Assembly: GCF_018350175.1 (NCBI RefSeq)
Contig: NC_058368.1
Span: 31,374,001 to 31,438,000 of the forward strand
From: Felis catus
Lineage: Eukaryota
DNA length: 64,000 bases
Direction: 5' to 3'
Made by a program: the position numbers and the translations under genes. The notes under the pieces are model-generated. The model worked only from the letters and a program-made list of their open reading frames with translations. It was not told the DNA's origin and ran no database searches. Shown in pieces: positions 1-12,457 of this stretch. Position 1 is the first letter of the stretch. The number at the start of each line of letters is the position of its first letter.

Positions 1-654
1 TACATTCCTTTCTTTCCATTAGTACACAGCGAGATCTACCTCAGAGTCTGGGAAATGATAACCAACACATAAATCACATGGATGCTGTTCTAGGACTGTT
101 GTCTCTGATGCTTCTGGAAATTGGATGTAGCCACCACCTCTTTGTCTCCTACCATCTGCACTGCGATGGTGGATCGTACTGGAGAGTCTTCATTTATGTG
201 CCTGGGCCCTCATTATAAATTGGCTAGAAAGTAGCTCTCTGCATCCATATGGTAAGCCAGGCTCTATCTGATAAGGTGAGGGATTTACTAAATATAGGAT
301 GGGGATGCACAGGCTGGTCAGAAATGTCTTCACACCTTCCAATCTCCACTTTCATAGTGACACAATACGTCACTTTCAGCTTACATCTTTATAACAATCT
401 GGTGGGAGTTCATTTGATTCATAAGAGAGCATTATCAAATTTTAGTTGATTTTCTTTAAGGTAGATTGATAATAACTTTGTGAGTCCAAGAGTTTGTTAC
501 AATCTATCAGATCAACAGTCAGACAAAGATTGAAAGAAGTGAAAAAATGAGTGAAGTGTGGATATAAGGCAGAAATAAGCAAGGAGGGAAGAGCCAGGGC
601 TGGAATTTTAGGTGAAGGCACTAATTTCATAATCCTGTTCCTAAACACATTATA

Positions 655-822
655 ACAGCTATTTCAAGTGTGATCAGACTTATCTGGTGTGAAGAATTAC
701 CTTGGGAACTTGTTATAAATACAGATTTCTAGGATCAGCCTAGATCAAACAAATCAGAGACACTTAGGCCTTGACATGTTTAAGATGATTCTTATGCTCA
801 GATTAGTTTGCGAAAGTCTGGG
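655..822. mobile_element. hAT-Charlie MITE relic (MER5-like)
   Basis: gaattaccttgggaacttgttataaatacagatttc...gatgattcttatgctcagattagtttg resembles the MER5 consensus as recalled; heavily diverged. Confidence 0.4.
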
Positions 823-1524
823 AATTTAGATCCTATTTGTTGACATTAGATCCTCAGTTGCAGTCAGTTAACCTAAGCTGCCTGGGTGAGTACTCAGTCT
901 CCTGGTGAGACTGTGATAACTAGGAAACTGCTGTTAAAGAGACGAAGAATCACCCTTTGCCTGGCACCTAGGAATTCTTGACCCTAACTTCTTTTCGTGC
1001 CTAAACATCTCCCTAGGATTTCCATTAACTCTTCTGGACTTTAAGACACACTGACTGAAGAAATCACTTGCTATGTCAGAGTTATAGCTTTTAACTTCTC
1101 TCCTGACCTAACAGCTTTTTAAATCCTTCAACCATGAGAGCATGGCATATAATATTTATCTATTTAATATAAGACTTCTTCTTCTAATAGAATACCTGAC
1201 TGTGCCATTTATTTTAAGGTGTCCTCTTTCTACTGATCCAGACAGATACTTCAGTTACAGATCCACTTTAAGAATCACAATAACGAAATAAATGGTTAAC
1301 ACTTTAGATCTCTTTAATATAAATAGAAAATAAAATACAATTTGTATTAAAAACAGCAAATGCACTTTGGATTAAAATTATCTATTTGGCTTACCAAAAC
1401 TACTGACTTTTAAGCTACAACTGGGAGGAAATGCATATTTTGAATGTAGTTATTTTTTTTCTCTTTGGGATGAAGGGGCATGTGTGACACCACCACTAGG
1501 ATGGTGTCTAGTGTAGATTTTAGT

Positions 1525-1568
1525 GTATGTGTGTCTATGTATGTGTGACGTGTAGATGGTGATAACTC

Positions 1569-1600
<32 letters not shown>

Positions 1601-1717
1601 TGAGAGGTGTGTGTAGTGATAAAGTTGTGTGTGTTATGTGTTTGTGTGGTGTGTAGACAGTGATAAGGATGTGTGTGTGTTATTTGTGTATATGTGTGTG
1701 TGTCTGTGTGTGTGTGC
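1525..1717. repeat. Compound (TG)n microsatellite / TG-rich low complexity
   Basis: Near-pure TG run at about 1569-1602 within degenerate TG-rich sequence. Confidence 0.95.
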
Positions 1718-2944
1718 TATTATCTACGTATTTTTATTAAGGGTTTTGGCCAGTCTTTACTAGCATCACTCTCAGGAGGAATACCATGTTACATCTGGTG
1801 TCCTTTTGATATTAATAGATCCCCCAGGTACTTACAAAATGTCCACCTGTCTCTTTGGCACAGACAAGGATTTCTGATTTCTTTGTCTTCCTTTATTCTT
1901 CAGTATCTGGATTCTTTTTGAGAATAAATTGAGTCAAGGGAAATGATGTAAAGATTTGGAATAAATCAAACAGCTTTTACAAAACCAAATTTCTGAAAAA
2001 GTCCCGAATGTTTATTTTCAGCCTATTCCCATGCTTCAAGTAAGCAACATCTCTACATTTTCTGTTTGATGCCTTTCTTTTCTCATTGTGTTAGTTGCAT
2101 TGGACCATTTATTTAGTTGATTCTTGTTGTGGTATTTCAATTTTGTGGCACACAGCTATTTTCTCTTTTAATAAACATCTTTTGTGATCTATAATCTCCA
2201 CAATAACCACCTAGTTAAACACCTAAATGAATCCCAAATTATTTTGGTATATGACTAGCTTTCTTAATTTCTCTAAAATAAAACAAGAAATTTCATAATA
2301 AGAGAGAAACTCCCTCATTCTTTGTTGTTGTTGTTGCTATTGCTATTGTTGTTTTCAATTATCTTCTGCTTAAAATTTTGGTACTAGGCACAAAGTGTAC
2401 ATTCAATGAATAAATGCTGATTCCAAACATAAGATTTGGGTCATGCAGTTTAATGATACATGTGTAAGGTCCCCTTTGACTTGGATCAATAGAAATGTGA
2501 GTGAATCTAGTAAAAAAGCTGGAAAAAGAGACTGCCTTCTTCTCATTCAAAGTATATCCTTGTCTTAGGGGAGACATTTCCTAATATATATCTTCTCCAC
2601 TAAAATTCAAAAACAGAGGGAATAAGGTATATTCATCAAACAAATAGGATATTGGTAATAAAAGGCAACAAGTTCAAGGAGACACTCTAATAAGAAAGAT
2701 GAATCAAAAAAGAACAAAAGCGAATGGTTGAAGTCATAAAGAATAAACCAATATGTAAGAAGGATTAGGGGGGTATCATAAAAAGATGGAAGATAAAGTA
2801 TTTAAAATCATGAATTGGTAGAATTCAATAAAAATTCCAAAAAATATTACATATTATTATATAAATTCTTCAGTCTGAATAGTATCTAAGTTGTAAATAG
2901 AAAGTAACAATCAGTTTCAACTAGAATCTTGCACTGAGTTCAAA

Positions 2945-3125
2945 GACATATATACATATATATATATATACACATATATAATATGCAATATAAATACTAT
3001 ATAATTTATGTATTATTATAATATGTATTTGTTATATGTAATACAATAAGAAAATAAAAGATAATACAATACAGTATATATAATATAAATATATAAATAC
3101 TATTATAATATATATAAATATAGAA
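2945..3125. repeat. (TA)n / AT-rich low complexity
   Basis: Directly visible. Confidence 0.9.
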
Positions 3126-3856
3126 TAAGTGCTAACTTCTGATGTAACATATGATGACACAGGCCAATAGAAAACTGGCCTTGCCATGACACACAGGAGG
3201 AGACAGGGTAGCTCTTGTAAAAAGCCCAGGTTATAATTATATCCTTTCTGTGCAGAAAACACAAGAGACCCCAACTTCTCTGAGCATTCTTCTCCAGCTC
3301 CTCCACTCTCACCTATTCTCCACACTATTTACAAAGGAGCTGAGGGACCCAGAAGGGCTGAGATCCAAGGTTGTCATCATTGTCTTTGGCATATGACACA
3401 GCACTCCTGAAGAGAGAATGTTCAGAAGTAGAAATAGGTTGTCCCAGAAATAAAAGTAGGAGAATAGGAAGACTGGAAACTGTCCAGTTGTCTCTGACCC
3501 TACCTTTAATCTGTCTGGTATAAGAATAATCTTAAAAAGTCTATACTTGCTAATCCATAAGATTATTATCTTCAATAATACATAAGACCAAAGGTCATTA
3601 TTATATTTCAGGAGCATTGAAATATTTTAGTAGAATTTTCTGTTTTATTTACTATCTTTGCATTCATTTTCCCTAACACACTTACTAAACTTTAGGTACT
3701 TTTTAGTTTTACACCCAACATTGGTTGCTAATAAAGTTTCGCCTGCATCCAGCCTTGTCCAAAAGAAGTCTAAGATTTAGTAAACACAAAGAAGGCATAT
3801 ATGGAGAAAGGAGAAAAAAGTAAACATATTCAGGAACATAAGATTGACATAATAAT

Positions 3857-4370
3857 TGTGGTAGTCAGCTTTCCAAGATGACTTTATGATTCTTGTCCTT
3901 TGATGTACACAATCCTGTTTAATCCTCTCCATTTGAGTGAGAATAAAATGGCATATTACTCCCATGATCAGGTTATGTTACCTGACAAAAATGAAGAGAT
4001 TTTTCAAATGTGGTTAAAGTCCTTAATCAGTCCACCTTAAGGTAATCAAAGAAGACTCTCCTGGATGTACTTGACTTAATCAGGTAATCAGGTGAGAACA
4101 CTTTAAAAGAGGATTTAACAGTCAGAGAAATAAGAATGAGAGAAAGAGAGAGAATAACATTCTCTTAATGGTCTTGAAAAAAGCAAACAACATGTTGTGT
4201 ACTGAGTGCCTATGGAGAGGGCAAATGGAAAGGAGTCTAGGGCAGCTCTGGGAATAAGAGCAGTACCTTGACCAGCAGACAGCACGAAAATAAGAACTTT
4301 AGTTCTACAACTACAAAGAACCAACGTCTGCCAAAAATCAGTGTACTTGGAAGAGGGACTCTGAGTGTCT
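3857..4370 (+). mobile_element. ERVL-MaLR solo LTR (MLT1E/F-like)
   Basis: Starts tgtggtagtcag...ccaagatg; contains gtccttaatcag, acttgacttaatcaggt and ttctacaactacaaagaa motifs typical of MLT1. Confidence 0.65.
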
Positions 4371-4450
4371 TTTTCATGATGGCTATTTGAATTATGCATC
4401 ATTTTCCTTCTTCTAATTTTCACTTCTCTTTATATACATACTTGGATCTT

Positions 4451-4600
4451 GGGTATAAAGAGATAAGTTCTGTTGCTGTACAACATTGTGCCTATAGTTA
4501 ATAGTGCTATTAAGTGTACAATTGTGCACTTAGGATATTTTTAAGAAGGTAAATCTCATGTTAAGTGTTCTTACTACAATAATAATAAAAAATAAATAAA
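4451..4600 (+). mobile_element. LINE-1 extreme 3' end (L1MA/L1MB-like)
   Basis: tgtacaacattgtgcctatagttaatag...gtaaatctcatgttaagtgttcttactac followed by A-rich tail. Confidence 0.65.
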
Positions 4601-4689
4601 TAGATAAATTTTACAATGGGAAGATGGCTCTTGCCTTGAGAGTTTACAAAAAGCTTTCCAGAGGAACAGGGGTTTAAACTAAGCATTTA

Positions 4690-4846
4690 GGTGTGCCTGG
4701 GTGGCTCAATTGGTTAAGCGTCCAACTTTGGTTCAGGTCATGATCTCACAGTTCATGGGTTTGAGCCCCACATTGGACTCTGTGCTGACAGCTCAGAGCC
4801 TGCAGCCTGCTTCGGATTCTGTGTCTCCTTCTCTCTCTGCCCCTCT

Positions 4847-4877
<31 letters not shown>

Positions 4878-4909
4878 AAAAAATAATAAACATTAAAAAT
4901 TTTAAAAAA
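4690..4909 (+). mobile_element. Can-SINE (felid SINEC)
   Basis: tRNA-derived head gcctgggtggctcaattggttaagcg, (CT)n, A-tail; TSD taaactaagcattta 4675-4689 / taaactaatcattta 4910-4924. Confidence 0.97.
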
Positions 4910-5374
4910 TAAACTAATCATTTATATATGAATGCTCAGTAGGATAATAAGAAACATCAAACAAACTTTTTTGAGCAGGATGATCAGAATGAGTAAAGTC
5001 ATTAAGACGTATAGTGGATTGGGCACTCTGTATTAATATGGTTGGACTAGAATTTGGGCTTATAACAATCAACCACAAATTTTCAATGACTTGACCCTGT
5101 AAAAGGTTATTTATTGGCTATATGTAGTTTGATTTATGAATGGATGAGTTTCTCCATGTTGTAGGAATGTCATCTAAAGCAAGTAGTTGTCAGAGACTGG
5201 AAAGAAATAATATAAGTACACAGAATGTTTTAAGAGTCCTGGAAGAGGTTTGAAAAATTATGTACGTATAATTTAAAATATCTCTCACACACAGACACAG
5301 ACATCTACCTATTGATCCCTCATCATCTGTGTATGTATGTATAATGGTCTATCTACATATCTATAAAGAGATAT

Positions 5375-6130
5375 TATTATAAGGCTAGGCACTTAGATAT
5401 TGATATAGGAATTATAAAGATACAACAGTGGACACATCATATAAGGTTGACCTCATGGGACTGACATTATAATGGAAAAAATCATAAATAACAACACATA
5501 GAGAAACAAAATAATTTGTGATGAGAAGCAAACACAACTTAATAAAGAAAATAAACAGTGATGGAAACAATAGAATTGTGCTTCTGTACATATGTGACAA
5601 TGGGCATAGCTGTGAAGAGAGTTCCAGAAAGAGGTAATATTAAGAGCTAAGGTGCCAAAAATGTGGTCCGATTAGATGGAATTCACCATGAAGAGGGAGA
5701 ATAGTTTGAGAAAAGACAGGGTGGTAGGTGGAAACTAGATCAAGAAGAGCCTGTGGAGCCTATTAAAGAGATGAGATTTTATTCTAAGAATAATTAGGAC
5801 ACATGGAAGAATTTAAAGCATTACAATAATATGATGTGATTGATACCATATTTCCAAAAACATGAATGGCATAGACTACAGTTTAGGTAGTAGAGAACAA
5901 GAGAAGTTCATGAACTTTAGCTATATTTGTACATTGAACTGAGGAGCTTTACTAATATTTGTCGTGTGGTTCCTGAAGAAAAGTAGGAATTGAAGGATTC
6001 ATAGATTTTTGGCTTGAGGCACTAATTAGGGGATACCATTTACTGACATAGGAAGAATTTTGTAGAGACAACCCAGATTTTTGTTTTTGAAGTGATATAT
6101 TTGAGAAGTTTTATGAACATTTCTATCTGG
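5375..6130 (-). mobile_element. LINE-2 3' region relic
   Basis: ggcactt...gatacaacagtg...acctcatgggactgacatt followed by purine-rich L2-type sequence. Confidence 0.5.
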
Positions 6131-7189
6131 TAGAACTCTTTTTGTTGCAAGTTACATAAACCTGTATCAAACTACCTGAATTTGTTTTGTTATCACTTCC
6201 TGGATTGACCAGATGCAATTGCTGTCAGTTTTATGGATCTGTCTCCCTGCTGGCCCTACAGTCCTACTCTAGAAGAGAAGATCTAGGTGAAAATTAGTGA
6301 TAAGCAGAAAGAAGAGAAGTTATTGCTGATGGAAATGGAGCCAATAAATGGATAACACAGAAAGGAGAAAAGCCAACAATACTTCATGTGATGATAGGGT
6401 ATATTTGTAGATTCTAGTAAAGGAGGAAGTCTTGACGTTATAGAGATCTCCTTTTATTTGAGGCTGAATATCCATTATGGGTCCTAGTGGCTGTAAGAGG
6501 CATTTGAAAAAATCCTGTCTGTGCTTCTAATGTATCTATATACAATAGGTTTATACCTATATACATACATACATACATATAAATATACATAAATAAATAA
6601 ATAATTAAGATTGATCTAATTACAGTCCTTAATTTTAATTTCCAGCAGACAAATGTATTTCACATAAGAATCAATATTACTTGAATTGATCATGACTTTA
6701 AATCTGCCATGATATAAGGTTTTGAGTCTACCTCCTCCCTTAAATACGATGATTTTATTTTAGTGAGGAGAAATTAAATCCTAATTTCCCTCTTTCTGTA
6801 TGTCATCCATGTAACATTTTGCAGCAAATTATTCACTGTCCTTTTTTTCCATATTATGAATAAATACAAAAAATCAATCTAACATTGTCAATTTTTGACA
6901 CATTTCATTGTTTCTCTTCAAACTCATTCTTTCCAGTTATTATGAACCAAAGCAAATAAGGTCCATAGCCTCCCAACCTGGAATTATTTATGTGATATAT
7001 CTCAACGATATTAATGTAACCTTCACCATGAACCCTTAGAATGATTCCAATGTTGCTTCTTCTTTTGGTCCTCAGTTTATACACTGTATATCACAGAAAA
7101 ATTGGAGAAGTAATATACAAAAGCTGTTGCCTCCCAAATACATGCAAAAGACTTCATTCACCAATAAAATTACACGTCACTGTGTGATT

Positions 7190-7410
7190 TTTTTTTAAGT
7201 TTATTTATTTATTTTGAGAAAAGGACAGAGAGAGAGACACAGCAGTGGTGTGGGGTGGGGAGAGAGGGAGAGAGAGAATCTCAAACAGGCTCCATGCTGT
7301 CAGTGCACAGCCCCACATGGGGCTCGAACTCCAACTCACAAACTGTGAGATCATGACCTGAGACGAAGTCAAGAGTCAGATGCTTAACTGACTGAGCCAC
7401 AAGGTGCCCC
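7190..7410 (-). mobile_element. Can-SINE
   Basis: Poly-T, GA tract, reverse-complement head ending ...gagccacaaggtgcccc; TSD cactgtgtgatt 7178-7189 / 7414-7425. Confidence 0.96.
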
Positions 7411-7547
7411 AAACACTGTGTGATTATTAATTTAGGTTATAATCTATTCTGAAACATTCCCAGATAGCTGTCTTGTGCCATACTTAGTATGATGTAATAT
7501 ATCCTAACTCCTATAAATAGACCATGCTATTGTGGATTCAGGGTAAC

Positions 7548-7835
7548 AATATATGTGAAATTTAAGAAAAAAAAAACAAGCAGAGACAAAAAAGAGGGAG
7601 AAAAAGAGAGACAACCAAGAAACAGACTCTTACCTACACAGAACAAACAGATGATTACCAGAAGGGAAGTGGGTAGGGGGGTGGGTTACATACGTGAAGG
7701 GGATTAAGGAGTGCATTTACTGTGATAAATACCAGTGTTGTATGGAAGTGTTGAATCACTATATTTTATACCTGAAACTAATATAAAACTGTATGTTAAC
7801 TAACTGGAATTTAAATAAAAACTTTATAAACAATA
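7548..7835 (+). mobile_element. Carnivore LINE-1 3' UTR fragment
   Basis: gtgttgaatcactatattttatacctgaaactaatataaaactgtatgttaactaactggaatttaaataaaa; similar to the L1 3' end at 12192-12440. Confidence 0.85.
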
Positions 7836-10439
7836 AAGGGAAAGAACATTCAGCAAATGGAAATCAATGTTAGTTTATGCGTGACATGATTGGCTTATAT
7901 ATTTACCATGGGTAATTATAAGCCCTTATAACTAATTCCCTCCCTGAATTTTAATTCAATGTTGTAGCAGAAATGTATTTTTCTATGGTTTTCTTTTTTT
8001 CATGCCTAGCATATCTTCCCCCTTATTTCTGGAATACAGATATTCTTTTACTTTGGGATGGCCCCTCAAGACCAATTGGGACAGTGAATACAATACTGAA
8101 TATTTCCCACCACAAAGGAGAAAAGATGATCCAAACAAGATCATAATGATTACTGAGGGTACATATTAGAAGCTTTTCATAATATTCAAACTTAAGTATA
8201 TTTGTGGATCTCTACTACCGTATCTACTACTATCCTAGGATCTCAGCATTGGCCTAATCTTTGTTGGATAGGGTAAGGGTAGCAAAACAATTTTCTGAGA
8301 TTGCCTCAAAACTTGAAAAATCAAGAGAGACATTTAAGTTCTTGGTTGGAGTTATGCCTAAAACCAATTACTTCTCAAAATTTTCCATCATTTACTCAGT
8401 GTATAATAATTGAAAAGACATGCTTTTCATGTGTTACAAATGCAAGCCTTTAATACTCGTAAAGGATATAATACAGCAGAGGAAAAAGAGAGCAGGCAAT
8501 CAGATCAACAAACTGCCAAGCACTGCACACCAGAGTCCTTTATTAGCTACACAAGATTCTCTTTTTCTTTGGATTATGAATCACCTAGATCAATGAGACA
8601 TATCTCAGTTTCAGGTGAACAGGCACTGTGGCACAAATTTACTGAGGAGTTTCTTATATCCAGCTGATCATGTAGCTAAAGCCTGCTGTGTAACCAGATA
8701 AACCAGGAGGAACCATCAATCTGTAGCTCCCTAAACAATGTAGGCAAGCTAGTACAGAGTGGCTCTAAGGGAACTTCAAATTTTAAATGGCACTTTTGGG
8801 TCTAAAATTCATACTCAAAATATACTCAATAAGCACTCACAACAACAGCATATTTATTGAATAAACCAACATTGGTCAAAATGCTCTAAAAGCAATTTGG
8901 AGAAAACTGTCACAGGTCTAGATGTCCCATGAAAACCACATTTGCCTTCAATTAATGGAGACATTCTGAGGAAGAAGACATACTGGCTCATAAAGCACAT
9001 TTAGAAAAGTCTTTTAGAAGGAAGACACACATTATCAAGCATCCTGGACAGACACTTTCGTTTAAAATATGGTTTAAAATAACAGATAAACAAACAACAA
9101 ATAGTTAAACAGCACCTCAAAAAGAAAGATGGAACAGAAAATGTGCACTGACCCAGGAGGGGCCAATAAGTATGGTCCTCCAGGAGGAAACTTAGGCAGC
9201 TCAAGCACAGTGGTCTTGTGAAACCATCAGGAACAAACTCATGCGAGAATGTGGTTCCCCTCGTGAAGTCTGTGGGAATTTCTAAATGAAAAGTGTAATT
9301 TGTACAGGTGTTCTCTGACTGCCAAAGTCCCATAGATACACACACAAACAGATACATCAAACAGTGCAGTAATTGAGATTAGAAAGCTATTTAACTTACC
9401 AGGATTTTGCTGATGGGGGAAAGATGAGCATTACTTAAAGATAAAACATAATGGGAACACTGGCACTACAGTTTTGCAGTATGAAACAAAGCATAAGGAT
9501 TTCATTAGAAGTAAGGGGGAAGGGATTCTCATCAGGAAGAAAATAAAACAGAAATCCACTACAACATTCAAATAAACAGGTCTGGTACAGAATGGGACAT
9601 AGAAGTCTAGCCCCTAAGCTTGAGAAAAGTTGGTGTGTGTATGCCTCTGTGTATAATGATCCTAAAGTTAAAAGTTTAAGAGACTAGATGAGATCACGCA
9701 GGAAAAGAGTATAGCTGGAGAAGAAAGAAAGGCACCAGGATCTAGAATTCTCTGTGGAGGAATTATTTATACTGGAAATTCAGCACTTTTATACACTGTA
9801 GAGATCTTCAGACTTCTGATTTCTTGTTAGGTTATATTCTTAAATCTCATTAAAAAGGTTTAAGTGAAAAAAAGTCAAAGCATACTGGTAAAATTGTACT
9901 AACCTGTGACTTTTAATTCCATGACCCAGTTCTATAGCCAAGATTTAATAGCTAAGCTCTGTTGTGAGGAAATTGTTACTATTTTCTTCCAAGAACAAAA
10001 TTGTCAAAACATACAGCCTATGTTGTACCATGTCCTCTAATAAGGTAAATAATTAAAATACAGCTCTAATAAAGCATACCATGGTAGCCAAGAGTAAATT
10101 AACAGTTTATTTCTTAGATTGCCAAAATCAAAATGAGTCATCTGTGAGAAGGAACATAAAAGATTATAAAACACTACCTATATGAGTCAGGGTTTGTTCT
10201 TTGTTTTCATTTTCAAAAGAGAATGACCAGCTAAGTTGACACATAGACAAGGAAATTACAGAGACATATAGTTTTGTGCATCATCTTTAATAGTGACATA
10301 ATTGGAAAAAATATACCTGTTATGTATGTAAGTCTATATTAATGTGTTAATAATGAACCAACACCTATATTTTTAATATTATCTATGGATTTCCATTTCT
10401 AATTTTTATAAAATATTTTCATAAAGACTACTGACTTTT

Positions 10440-10479
10440 AAGATAAAATGAAAATAAAAAAAAAGATAAAATGAAAATA
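10440..10479 (+). repeat. 17-bp direct repeat flanking a short poly(A) (probable poly(A)-only retro-insertion)
   Basis: aagataaaatgaaaata twice, separated by A6 and preceded by tttt. Confidence 0.6.
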
Positions 10480-11278
10480 TTGTATGTTAGATAACTTGAC
10501 AATAAATTATATTAAACAAGATGAAATGAAAATAAACCAAGTAGTAAAAATGAATGGAAGACTTCCTATATCCATAGAAAAGTTTTATAATATGTGAACA
10601 AGTATACTAAAAACCTTTGAAGTAAATCACTCTATTATGTTTTATTTTGTTTTCAATGATAGAAAAAGGTAAAGTAAGAGTTCACTACTTTATGGTATTA
10701 TCTAGGAAAACTTGTCTCTAATAATAAATACATCATTCATCAGGACTCCACAAATTTTTTTTTTTGCTCCACATAAAAACAAGTAATTTCACTGTAATTC
10801 ATTTTTCCCTAAATATTAGGTAATTTATTGGAATTGGAAAGCATTTAATGCAGTAATTACATTAATAATTAAAAAGAGATGGAACATTTAGCTTTACAGT
10901 ATGTTTTATTTTCAAAACTAAATAGAGACTTAATGAAATAAAAGCAAAATGTTTTGAAAGCTTTACTCTAGACTTCCAACTAGTCCAGTAAGATATCTAA
11001 AACTTGTCAACCTTAACAGTGTTCTAAGTACTGAACCAAATGATCCACCTAACATCAGAATTTAAATCTTTAAGTTTACTGAGATAAATATTGTAGTAAT
11101 AGTTTTTCTATTCCTTACTTTTTTTTTGAAAGCAAGGAAGCATAAATTAGTTGAAATAACAATGTAACCCTTTGCAAAAAAATTTAAAATTACTTGTGAA
11201 ATTCTTTGTTTTGACTAACCATACATGTGTACGATAATTCAAATTTTTAATATTTTCATGGTATCAGTAACTCTTTCT

Positions 11279-11284
11279 ATACAT

Positions 11285-11327
<43 letters not shown>
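11279..11327. repeat. (TA)n microsatellite
   Basis: Directly visible. Confidence 0.95.
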
Positions 11328-11328
<1 letters not shown>

Positions 11329-11607
11329 CTATGTATGGAACCATAAATACATACATATAGTTCCAAAGTCACCCTTTACTTTCAAATTTATAATATTCAA
11401 GTAATTAGATTCTGTTCACTAATTGTTGATATCTGTATTAAACTTAAAATCAGAAAATTTGAAAGGTTGACTTCTAAAATAATGGATTCATTTTGCCTGG
11501 TATTGAGTCTCTCCTTCATACGTAGGTCTGTGCCAGGGAAATAGATAAATTGGAAGTTGTAATCAATTATCTTTTGAAGAAAAATTTATTAAACATGACA
11601 TTCTTAG

Positions 11608-12457
11608 AAAATCATATTACTGAGTAATAAGATACATATCATATATTTATATTACATATATTATATATGATTTATTAATATATTGTACAATTAAAATATA
11701 TCACACATAATATTTATATAATATAGTATATATTTTTATATATTATATATATCTTTATATGCATATTATATACATATATATATATATCCATTCATCAGTT
11801 GATGGGCGTTTGGGCCATCAAAAATAATGAAATCTTGCCTTTTACAATGACGTGGATGGAATTAGAGTGTATTATGCTAAGTGAAATAAATCAGTCAGAG
11901 AAAGAAAAATGTCATATGATTTCACTCATATGTGGAATATAAGAAACAAAACAGATGAGGGGCACCTGGGTGGCTCAGTTGGTTGAGCGTCAACTTCAAC
12001 CCAAGTCATGATCTCACAGTTTGTGGGTTCAAGCCTCTTACCAGGTTTTGTGCTGACAGTGTGGAGCCTGCTTCAGACAGAGTCTCTGTCTTTCTCTCTC
12101 TCTGTGCCTCCTCTACTCACAGTCTCCCTCTCTCTCTCCCTCTCTCTCAAAAATAAATAAACATTAAAAAAAAAAGAAACACAACAGATGAATATATGAG
12201 GAATGGGGGAAAGAGGAGAGAAAGAAACAAACCACAAGGGATTCTTACCAATAATAGAGAACAAACTGAGGGTTGATGGAGGGAGGTGGGTGGGAGATGG
12301 GTTAAATGGGTGATGGGTATTAAGGAGGGTATGTGTTGCGATGATCACTGGGTGTTGTATGTAAATGATGAATCACTGAATTGTACTCCTGAAACCAATA
12401 TTGCACTGTATATTAACTAATAAAAATTTAAATTAAAAAAATAAAATCATATTACTG
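11608..12457 (+). mobile_element. 5'-inverted (twin-primed) carnivore LINE-1 3' fragment with nested SINE
   Basis: Perfect 15-bp TSD aaaatcatattactg 11608-11622 / 12443-12457; antisense L1 about 11620-11815, then sense L1 3' end and A-tail. Confidence 0.9.
11959..12173 (+). mobile_element. Can-SINE nested in L1 3' UTR
   Basis: ggggcacctgggtggctcag head; TSD aagaaacaaaacagatga 11941-11958 / aagaaacacaacagatga 12174-12191. Confidence 0.97.
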
